From NCBI GenBank assembly GCA_019358935.1, contig JAHHIK010000023.1, positions 20,001 through 84,000 of the forward strand: 64,000 nt of DNA, read 5' to 3'. Shown here one piece after another: positions 41,257 to 50,456 of the stretch. Every line of letters begins with the position of its first letter. The stretch's first letter is position 1. This DNA is from Tolypothrix carrinoi HA7290-LM1 (GTDB lineage Bacteria > Cyanobacteriota > Cyanobacteriia > Cyanobacteriales > Nostocaceae). The translations under genes were made by a program, and so were the position numbers. The notes beneath the pieces are model-generated. The model searched no databases and had not been told where the DNA came from. It saw only the letters and a list, made by a program, of their open reading frames with translations.

Positions 41257-41808
41257 TCATTTGTTGATAATTTGCTCCACCAAAATAGAAACATCTGGGA
41301 ATGCAAGCGGTTGAATTGTTCCCGCAGTTAGTGTCAGTTTTGTCGCGTAATCTCCGTCTAGAGGTTCTCTAAACACCACCAAATGTAACTTTTTGAGATT
41401 TACAACCCAATACTCAGGAATACCCACTTCAGCGTAAATTTTGCTTTTTATTTCTAAATCTTTCTCCAAACTAGAGTTAGCATACTCAATCAACCAAAAA
41501 ATATTTTCTGGATAAGGGTGATGCTCTCGATAATCGCGCCCTAAACGTTGGACAATGGCAATATCTGGCTCTGGTTCGGAATCGTTGGGTAAGGTGATAG
41601 GTTTGGCTTGACGTATTGTGGCACGTTCAGCCAGTAATTTTGCCAGATACTCTCCAGCTTCATGACTACAATAAGCGTGTGGTTCTCCTTCTGGGGACAT
41701 TTCGACAATTTCTCCCTTAAGCAGTTCAACTTGGCGATCGCGCAAAATTTCAGCAGCAATCATCCGGTGATATTCGTCAATCGTCCACTTAGCAGCGATA
41801 AAAGTCAT
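41257..41808 (-). CDS. Uma2 family endonuclease-like protein
   Basis: KWTIDEYHRM, EPEPDIA, LIEYANSSL, IPEYWVVNL. Confidence 0.9.
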   Translation of the reverse strand: MTFIAAKWTIDEYHRMIAAEILRDRQVELLKGEIVEMSPEGEPHAYCSHEAGEYLAKLLAERATIRQAKPITLPNDSEPEPDIAIVQRLGRDYREHHPYPENIFWLIEYANSSLEKDLEIKSKIYAEVGIPEYWVVNLKKLHLVVFREPLDGDYATKLTLTAGTIQPLAFPDVSILVEQIINK

Positions 41809-42009
41809 GCGATCGCCTAGCGACTCAATAATGAGTATCGCTCCTCCCAATGATTATTTTATTTTCCCATATTAAAGCATTCTAATTATTCACACTCACG
41901 GCTCAACACTCGCTGTCCATTTGCGAGTTTATACATACTTTGAGGTTCAATAATCGGATCACCTATAATTTTGCCATTAGGTGTAGTGCGATCGCTCATC
42001 AATTCGTTT

Positions 42010-42882
42010 CTACAAATACTTCTGCAACAACAACCTCAACTTCTCTTTTGTTGCCGCCGGCGCTTTTTCCAAATTAGTCAAAATCGCATACTTCAAGGCT
42101 GAATGAGCATCACTATGCGGTGGATTTTCACTTAAACGACGTACAGTTTCTTGAATTACCTTTTGAGCATTTACCGCATTCCGCTGTAAATTTGCAATCA
42201 CCATTTCCACCGTCACGCTATCGTGATCTGAGTGCCAGCAATCATAATCTGTTACCAACGCTAAAGTTGCATAAGCAATTTCTGCTTCCCGCGCTAACTT
42301 CGCTTCTGGTAAATTCGTCATTCCGATTACCGTTGCACCCCAACTGCGGTAAAGATGCGATTCTGCCTTAGTCGAAAATGCCGGTCCTTCCATGCAGACA
42401 TAAGTGCCACCGCGATGCAGACTTACATTTGGTAGATTGAGAGAAGCGATCGCATCCCCCAAAACTCCAGCCAAATTTCCACAAACCGGATCAGAAAAAG
42501 CAATGTGAGCCACAATTCCTTCCCCGAAGAAAGTCGAAACCCGATTTTTTGTTCTATCAATAAACTGATCCGGAACCACCATATCCAGTGGTTTAGCTTC
42601 TTCCTTCAACGAACCCACCGCACTAGCCGAAATTAAATACTCCACACCTAATTGCTTCATCGCATAGATATTTGCACGAAAAGGCAACTCGGAAGGCAAA
42701 AGCGTATGATTGCGACCGTGACGTGCCAAAAAAGCTACCTGCGTCCCGTCCAAAGTTCCCAAAATCAAAGCATCAGAAGGTGAACCAAACGGTGTATCAA
42801 CATGCACCTCCTCTACATCTTTGAGCGCATCCATCTTGTATAAACCGCTGCCACCAATAATCCCAATCTTCGCTTGAGCCAT
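42010..42882 (-). CDS. mtnP: S-methyl-5'-thioadenosine phosphorylase
   Basis: [42 protein letters not shown]. Confidence 0.95.
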   Translation of the reverse strand: MAQAKIGIIGGSGLYKMDALKDVEEVHVDTPFGSPSDALILGTLDGTQVAFLARHGRNHTLLPSELPFRANIYAMKQLGVEYLISASAVGSLKEEAKPLDMVVPDQFIDRTKNRVSTFFGEGIVAHIAFSDPVCGNLAGVLGDAIASLNLPNVSLHRGGTYVCMEGPAFSTKAESHLYRSWGATVIGMTNLPEAKLAREAEIAYATLALVTDYDCWHSDHDSVTVEMVIANLQRNAVNAQKVIQETVRRLSENPPHSDAHSALKYAILTNLEKAPAATKEKLRLLLQKYL

Positions 42883-43039
42883 GATTCTTAACCTGTAAAC
42901 GTAAAGGCAATGCCAAGTTATTTTACTAGGGAATGGGGATTAGTCATTAGTCAACAGTCAAAAGTCAAAAGTTATTTTCCTTGTCCCCGTGTCCCCTTGT
43001 CCCCGTGTCTCCTTGTCCCCGTGTCTCCTTGTCTCCCCA

Positions 43040-44200
43040 TTACCCATTTTCTATCAACGATTTAAATTGAGAACGAATGCTGTTAAGTCGAGCGACATCG
43101 AAGGGTAATTGAACGGTAAAAGTGCTACCTTTACCTAATTCACTTTGTACGTTAAAGTTGCCTTGGTTTGCTTGAACAATTGCAAAAGCGATCGCCAAAC
43201 CTAATCCAGAACCACCACTGCTACGCGAGCGAGCCTCCTAAGGGAGGAGCTTCGCTAACGCTATTCACTCGATAAAAGCGATCAAAAATTCGCGGTATCT
43301 CTTGTTGCGGAATACCAATACCACTATCTTCAACTTGAATCACAGCATAATTCTCACTGCGATCTAAGACAACAGTGATTTTCCCCCCAGTTGGTGTATA
43401 TTGAATTGCATTCACAATTAAGTTAGAAATTAAACGATAAAGCTGATCGCAATTGCTGATAATATTGATAGGTTCATCCACTCGTATAGAAGATGTCAGC
43501 GTCACTTTGGCGCTATATGCCATTGCTGTAAATTCTTCTATTAAGTCACTGACAATTTCATTCAAGCAACATTTCTGTCGTAGTGTCGGTTGTCTATCCA
43601 AACGAGCCAGCAACAGCAAATCTGAAACCAGCGTAATCAGTCGCAAATTCTGACGCTGTAGAGTTTGTAGAATATCCCGTGCTTCTGCTTCATCCAGAGA
43701 AGGCATTAAAAGTGCTGATTCCACCGTCGCTTGTGTCGCTGCTAAAGGTGTTCGCAATTCATGTGCTGCATCCGCTGTAAACTGTTGAATCTGTCTGTAA
43801 GATTGGTAAATTGGTTGCATCGCTAATCCTGCTAACCACCAACTAGCAACAGCAACCAAACCCATTGCTAATGGCAATCCCAATGCTAAAATCAATTTTA
43901 CCGCATCTAGATAACTATTAAAGTCTTCAAGACTTCGCCCCACTTGGATGTATCCCCAATTGCGATTATCTTGGGTATGCAGTACAAAAGAAATTTGGTG
44001 GTATGATTTGCCCTGGCTATCTTTGAGAGTTTGCCAAAGTTTTTTATTCAAAACAGGAGACAGTCCTTCTGGATAAGAACCTGCGATCGCAATCAAGCGT
44101 CCGGAATTATCAAAAAAACGCACATAATAGTAGCCTTGATTGATGGCACTAAGAGTATGACGTTTGGGATTTGATTGTTCTTGAATGCATTTGTCTCCAT
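43040..44200 (-). pseudogene. CopS/RppB-like sensor histidine kinase, 5'-truncated and frameshifted
   Basis: H-box ADAAHELRTPL, N-box NAIQYT; the G2 box [10 protein letters not shown] and [11 protein letters not shown] lie in another frame after a small insertion at 43233-43258; first TM segment missing, with an in-frame stop just upstream of 44200. Confidence 0.85.
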
Positions 44201-44383
44201 TAATATGTGTGAAACTCAGCTACACCTATGGGAATCTCTGCATCACTGCCAACTATTTTAACCGATAAGCGGTAGATAGAATTACTACTAATAGATGGAT
44301 AATTTCTCATATATGAAATATGCTGGATTGAAGATTTATTATTAACGAATAAATCTTCAATCAATGAATGCATCACTGGCAAT

Positions 44384-44863
44384 TTATTTATTAAAATTAA
44401 AACGCCCGTCTACCTTTTGACCATTAATATCAGAAGTAACTTTCACTTGATATTGACCAGTGGCATTTACAGGAAGCAAAGCTGTATAATGTTTGCCTTC
44501 AGTGTCATATTTAAGATTAAAGCTTTTCTGAGTTCCATCAGGTAGTTGAACTTGAGCGGTCACTTTTGCGTTAGGAATTGCTTCGTGATTGTCTCCTTTT
44601 TGTAAATAAAAATCCATAAGTGTTCCGTTAGCTTCTTTTTCAGGAACAAACTCTAAATGATAGGCTCCCGTTTCTACAACTTGACCCCCATGAGATTCAC
44701 CATGTCCTTTTGTTTTCGCAATAGGTGCAGAAGATAAAGTACTTGAGGTAGAAGTAGCCGGACTATTTTCTGTATTAGCTGTTTGATTACTGTTACTACA
44801 AGCTCCTAAGAAAAGTAGTCCTATACTTCCGAGAAGAATCAAGCTTGATTTTATCGATTTCAT
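44384..44863 (-). CDS. His-containing lipoprotein associated with the metal-efflux cluster
   Basis: Lipobox LGAC; HGESHGGQVVETGAYHLEFV. Confidence 0.75.
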   Translation of the reverse strand: MKSIKSSLILLGSIGLLFLGACSNSNQTANTENSPATSTSSTLSSAPIAKTKGHGESHGGQVVETGAYHLEFVPEKEANGTLMDFYLQKGDNHEAIPNAKVTAQVQLPDGTQKSFNLKYDTEGKHYTALLPVNATGQYQVKVTSDINGQKVDGRFNFNK

Positions 44864-44969
44864 TGTTTTACTCCTAATGTAAATAATTAATAAGTAGACC
44901 GATGCGAATAAAATATTATTCGTTAAGCTTGGGCATTGTTCACTGCTGTACCTAATTTCTCATCATCAG

Positions 44970-44986
44970 ATGAAATCAGGATGAAA
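44970..44986 (-). promoter_or_regulatory. CopR-type direct-repeat box TTTCAT-N5-TTTCAT
   Basis: Minus strand TTTCATcctgaTTTCAT, about 105 bp upstream of the lipoprotein gene. Confidence 0.7.
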
Positions 44987-45011
44987 TTTACGCATCCAGA
45001 TACCCGACTTC

Positions 45012-48000
45012 TTAAATAAGTCGGGTATCTAGCTTTTCAGAATGATTTAGGACTGCTATATTATCCTTGACAACTGATACTCGTTTAGGCAACAAGAACC
45101 TACTAAATTTCGCATATAACGCGGGTAAAACTACTAAAGTTAAAGCTGTAGAAGTGAATAATCCCCCCAAAACTACTATTGAAAGTGGTTGCAAAATTTC
45201 TTTACCAGGACCACTGTCAACTACCAGCGGTGCTAATCCTAAAGCTGAGGTAAACGCTGTCATTAAAATGGCATTCAGACGTTCCATTGAACCTTTAATT
45301 AAGACTTCTTTAATAGGCATCCCTTCGGCAAACTTAGTGTTGTAATTGTCTACCAACAGCAAGCCATTACGAGTAGCAACGCCAAATAAAGTAATAAAGC
45401 CAACTAAAGAAGCGATAGAAATAACGCCACCAGTCAAAGCTACTGAAAAGACACCCCCCACCAATGCTAAAGGTAAGTTATCATAATCATGGCAGTAGAG
45501 GGAATAGATTTTACTGAAAGATACATGATTACCGTAATCACCACAAACGCGATCGCACTAGTAATTAAGATATTTTGAGTAGCTCTTTCTTGCGCTTCAA
45601 ATTGTCCTGCATACTGGATATAGTAACCTGCGGGTATCTGCACCTGCTGCTTAACTTTATCTTGAATTTCATTGACGATACGCAAATCTCTGCCGCTAGC
45701 ATTAGCAGAAACTACAATAAAACGAGATACATTTTCCCGATTAATTGTATTTGGACCCGTGCCATTTTCAATTGTGGCAACTTGTGCTAAGGGAATTTTA
45801 TTGCCATCAGGGGTATCAACTAATAAATTGCGAATAGTATCCAGATTTTGACGTGCTTCTGGCTTTAACCAGACAACTAAATCAAAGGTTTGTTGCTTCT
45901 CTAAAACTTGAGATACTACTCGTCCATTAAGGGCAGTTTCGAGAATTTCCGAAAGTTTCCCTACTGTCAAATTATATCTTGAAGCATCTCTGCGGTTGAA
46001 CTTAATTTGAATCTGTTCGATAGGTACTTGGGGTTCAAGTTGCAAATCGACAATTCCATCAACGGTTTTCATCACCTGATTTACTTGATTCCCAATAGCG
46101 CGGAGTTGTTCTAATTCAGAACCGAAAATTTTGACAGCGATCGCACTCCGCACCCCAGACAACACCTCATCCATCCTATGAGAGATAAAACCGCCAATAT
46201 TCGGTGCTACCCCTGGTAATTTAGCAAATTCTTCTCGTAGCTTCTCGATAGTCGCTTTTCTGTTTTTCAATCCTTCATCGCTTAACTCGATATCCAAATG
46301 TCCCAAATTCACTTGTGCTGCGTCTGCATCTCCAGGCGCCCGTCCGGAACGCAATTGCACATAGGGAAATCTCGAATCATTTTTCAATGCATCTTGTAGT
46401 GCAAAACCTGCGCTATTCGTCGCTTCAAGTGATACACCTGGATAAAGTGTTAATGTATTGACTAAAGTTTGCTCCTGAAACTCTGGTAAAAATACTCTTC
46501 CAAACGAAGGAAAAATCACCGTGGCTGCTACCAAACTAACAGTGGCTGCTACTAAAATAATTAGAGAATGCCGCAGAGAAAATGTTAACAGAGGATGATA
46601 AAGCTTCTTAAAAAATCTCGCTACCCAAGGTTCCCTTTCTGGCAAATTACCGTAAGGCAATAAAATTGCACATAAAGCCGGAGTCACCGTTAATGCTGTC
46701 ACACTCGAAGCGAGAACCGCTACTAAATAACCCAACCCCATCGGAATAAAAATACTACCTTCTACGCCACTTAAAGCAAAAACTGGAGAAAAGACAACTA
46801 TTGTAATTATGGTGGCTCCAAATACCGAATCGCGCACCTCTTGACAACCTTCAAATACCACATCTAAAACCGGACGCGGCTTAGGAGAGTATTTATTTTC
46901 GCGCAGGTTACGATAGACATTTTCAGCATCAACGATCGCATCATCCACCGCTGAACCAATTGCTACTGCTAACCCTCCCAAAGTCATCGTATTTAAGCCT
47001 TGTCCCAACCAATTCAAAGCCAGTACTCCGAGCAGCAAAGATAAAGGAAGGGCAGTTAAACAAATAACTAAATTGCGCCAATTCATCAAAAACGGGATAA
47101 GAATAATCGCAACAATAATACTGCCTTCAACTAAAGCTTCTCTGACATTTTCAATCGAAGAATCAATATAGTTTTTTTGTCGAAATGTAGGCGTAACTTT
47201 TATCTCTTTGGGTAAGCCTGCTTGAATTTCTTTCATTGCCCCCTCTATGGCACGGGTAACGGTGGGAGTATCCGCTTGAGGCTGTTTATTAATCATGACA
47301 ATAATTGCCTTTTGACCGTTAAAACTTGCATCACCCCGTTTAATAGCTGCACCAATTTGAATATCAGCAATATCGGATATTTTCACAGGCGTATTATTGC
47401 GAGCAGTAATTACTGATTGTTGTAAATCTTCAATAGATTCAATCCGCCCAATACCTCGAATTAATTTTTCGCGATCGCTAGTTATTAAATAGCCACCAGG
47501 AGCATTGACATTTGCAGCCGATGCTGCTTCTACAACTTGTTCTAAGGTAATATTAAAAGCTTTCAGTTTTTCCGGATTAACTAACACTTGATATTGACGA
47601 ACATCACCGCCATACGCCACTACCTGACTAACACCAGGGACAGCCAAAAGGCGGTTTGTTACTTGCCAATCAACAATGCGTCGCACTTCCATCAAGTCGA
47701 TTTTGGATTTGGGCATTGGGCATGGGGCATTGGGCATTGGGCATTGGGCAAAATTACTCTCCCCCCCTGCTCCCCCTGCTCCCCCTGCTCCCCCTGCTCC
47801 CCCTGCTCCCCCTGCTCCCCCTTCCCCTCTCCCCCTCTCCCCCTCCTCATCAACGGTGAAAGCGTATTGCAGTACAGTCCCGATGGGGGAACTGATGGGG
47901 GAAATTTGCGGCGTTTCTACTCCTTGGGGAAGCTTACTTTGCACTTGTTGCAATCGCTCTGTTACCAGTTGACGAGCTTGATAAATATCGCTTCCCCAGT

Positions 48001-48292
48001 TAAAAATGATTTTGACAACGGAAATTCCTGATGCGCTTGAAGACCTGACTGCCGTAACTCCGGGAGTACCGTTAATTGCACTTTCAATTGGTAAAGTTAC
48101 CAGAGATTCGATTTCTTCTGGTGCGAGTCCTGGTGCTTCAGTTTGAATTTCGACTTGGGGTGGTGCAAAGCTGGGAAAGACATCCAAAGGCATTTGGATG
48201 ATTGTCCGAAATATCCAAAACGTGATGACAATTGCACCCAAAATGACAAGCCAACGACGAGCGATCGCCCATTTAATAATCGCACTGAGCAT
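45012..48292 (-). pseudogene. CusA/CzcA-family heavy-metal RND pump, frameshifted near 45478, with an in-frame STRR insertion
   Basis: DVFPSFAPPQV, GSAVDDAIVDAEN, C-terminal ERLNAILMT in a separate ORF; ATA ACT TAC CTT TAG is one base short of I-N-L-P-L-A. Confidence 0.85.
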
Positions 48293-48294
48293 TG

Positions 48295-49311
48295 TTATTT
48301 ATAATTTTTATGCTGATGAGAGTGGTGGTTATCATCCCATGCTGTTTCTGGCATTGCCGAACTATTGGCTGATTCTAATACCTGTGTTTCTGATACTGAA
48401 ATTAATTGATGTTTTGTGCGCCTACCAGACCAGAATATACCAGCCATAAAAGCTACAGTTGCTAACGCAGCTCCTCCAGAAGTTGCAACCAACCAAGACA
48501 CTGGGAAATTACGAATTACTTCTTTCTCTTCTACTTTCTTGCTTTCTTGCTTTCTTTCTTTGCTACCCCCCCGCAAAGACTGTGCGTAAAGTTGAGTAGC
48601 ACGCTGGGTAACTATTGAATCTCCCTCAAATAAACCAGTCTTCACCTCAACCATATCCCCAGAAGTTTGACCTAAAGTAACTTCAACTGGTTGGTAAGCG
48701 TTACCATTTTGCACGTAAACTTGTTTTTTATTATTCGCTTCAACTACAGCCGAGTTGGGAATACTTAAGATAGCTGTCGATGTTTTGTCAGTTAAAACTT
48801 CAAGTTCTGCAAACATCCCTGGTTTGAGAACTCCACCCGAATTGACTATTTCCGCTTTTACAGGTACTATCCGCGTTTCCCCTTCTACCACTGACCCAAC
48901 TACAGCAATTTTAGCAGTGAAAATACGGTCAGGGACAGAAGCAACTTTGACATTTACTGCTTGACCCGTTCTTACTTTGCTCAAATCTTTTTCATAAATA
49001 TTTGCAGTCGCATAAACTCGACTGTCATTGACAATCGTCATCAACTTGCCCCCGGCATCCTCAAAAGATTGACCGATGGTAACTTCCCTGTCGGCAACCT
49101 TACCAGAAATCGGAGCTGTCACCGTCACCAGTCCTTTGTCATTGGCACGGTTTCCCAGTTGTTGCAGCCGAGTTGTATACGTTTTATTACTGAGATTAAT
49201 ACGTGATTTAGCTACTGTAACGGCGGCGGGATTAGCCAGGAAAAAAAGGCTTAAGATTGTGCCTGAACTAGTGCGAATTGCGATCGCTGTTTGGGAACGC
49301 AGATTAGGCAT
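48295..49311 (-). pseudogene. RND periplasmic adaptor (MFP), apparently with a large in-frame internal deletion
   Basis: The signal-peptide-like start runs directly into the end of the helical hairpin (TVAKSRINLS) and APISGKV; the first lipoyl half and most of the hairpin appear absent. Confidence 0.6.
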
Positions 49312-49413
49312 GGCGATTCAATAATCCTTGAGTACTGGGTTTCATGCGCTATGTGGAGCGCGATACTCCCTAGGAGTTGGAATTGCGCTTATCTCTCAGT
49401 CTGGCATTGAGAA

Positions 49414-49430
49414 ATGAAATCAAGATGAAA
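49414..49430 (-). promoter_or_regulatory. CopR-type direct-repeat box TTTCAT-N5-TTTCAT
   Basis: Minus strand TTTCATcttgaTTTCAT, about 100 bp upstream of the MFP gene. Confidence 0.7.
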
Positions 49431-49436
49431 TCAAGC

Positions 49437-50123
49437 TTACTTGTTGTACCAAGTTTTACGCCATTGCTTCATTTGATTAATTTCGGCATTTTGTGATTTA
49501 ATAATCTCTTGGGAGAGTTTCTTAATTTCCGGGCGTTGAGACTTTTGCAACGCATCTTCTGCCATTGTTACAGCGCCTTCATGGTGAGGAATCATCGCAT
49601 TGATAAAGCGCAAGTCAAAATCTTTATCAGCTGCACCCAAGTCCATGTTCATCATCATGCTGTTCTTTTGGTCAGATGACATTTCCATCATATGACCCAT
49701 TTGAGCATCATAAGCCATTGGTTTATCACCAGCTTTAGGATACCAAGCTGTTCGCCACTGCTTCATTTCTTGCGTTTCTTGGTTTTGCGCTTTGATGATT
49801 TCGTCTGCTAGCTTTTTGATTTCCGGACGTTTTGATTTCTGCTGTGCTTCCTTAGCCATTTCTATGGCTCCTTGATGGTGCGGTGTCATACCGTCGATGA
49901 ACCGCAAATCGTAGTTAGCATCGCTTGGACCCAAATCCATCGCCATGCTGTGATTCATGCCACTTCCGTGCATCTGCTGCTTATCGCTAGCGTTGGTAGC
50001 GGTGGTGTTTGGCGTTTGAGCTTGGTTTTGGTCAGCAGTACAAGCTGCAAGTAACCCGCTAGTTGAGGCGATCGCTACAAAGGTTAACGCCAAAAAGCCA
50101 TTTCTTAAAGACAGGAGTTGCAT
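49437..50123 (-). CDS. CopM-like DUF305 Met/His-rich copper-binding lipoprotein
   Basis: Lipobox LAAC; duplicated RFIDGMTPHHQGAIEMA / RFINAMIPHHEGAVTMA. Confidence 0.88.
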   Translation of the reverse strand: MQLLSLRNGFLALTFVAIASTSGLLAACTADQNQAQTPNTTATNASDKQQMHGSGMNHSMAMDLGPSDANYDLRFIDGMTPHHQGAIEMAKEAQQKSKRPEIKKLADEIIKAQNQETQEMKQWRTAWYPKAGDKPMAYDAQMGHMMEMSSDQKNSMMMNMDLGAADKDFDLRFINAMIPHHEGAVTMAEDALQKSQRPEIKKLSQEIIKSQNAEINQMKQWRKTWYNK

Positions 50124-50150
50124 AACTTTCTTCGTTGATTTGCTAATTCC

Positions 50151-50183
50151 ATTGTCAACTCTCCACTCAGCTAGAGAGTCAAC
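50151..50183 (-). promoter_or_regulatory. MerR-family-type promoter/operator
   Basis: Minus strand TTGACT-N20-GACAAT with the dyad ACTCTC...GAGAGT overlapping the -35 and the long spacer. Confidence 0.55.
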
Positions 50184-50234
50184 AAGATTGCAAAGAAAAT
50201 TTAAAAAAAGCGAATTTTCAAAGAAATATGCATC

Positions 50235-50384
50235 TATAGCGCTTCTCAGTTGAGTTCAATACAGACCTAACCCCCAGCCCCTTAAGAGCAAGGGAAGGGG
50301 AGTAAGCCTCAAAGCCTCTCTCCTTTTAGGAGAGAGGTTTGGAGAGAGGTCAGAGTGTATTGCATACAAACGAGAAGCGCTATA
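50235..50384. mobile_element. 150-bp MITE with TA-flanked terminal IR
   Basis: TATAGCGCTTCTC...GAGAAGCGCTATA; second copy at 62522-62717. Confidence 0.8.
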
Positions 50385-50456
50385 ATATAATGTTTGGTAA
50401 ATTACACACATTGTAGAGACGTTCCATTGGAACGTCTCTACGACGGTTGCAACTAT

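Noticed and set aside
13403..41808. Uma2 genes as a defence system
   Set aside because: Isolated members of a highly expanded cyanobacterial family, with no methylase or partner genes adjacent.
45012..45464. Independent 150-aa membrane protein
   Set aside because: It is the C-terminus of the frameshifted CusA/CzcA gene.
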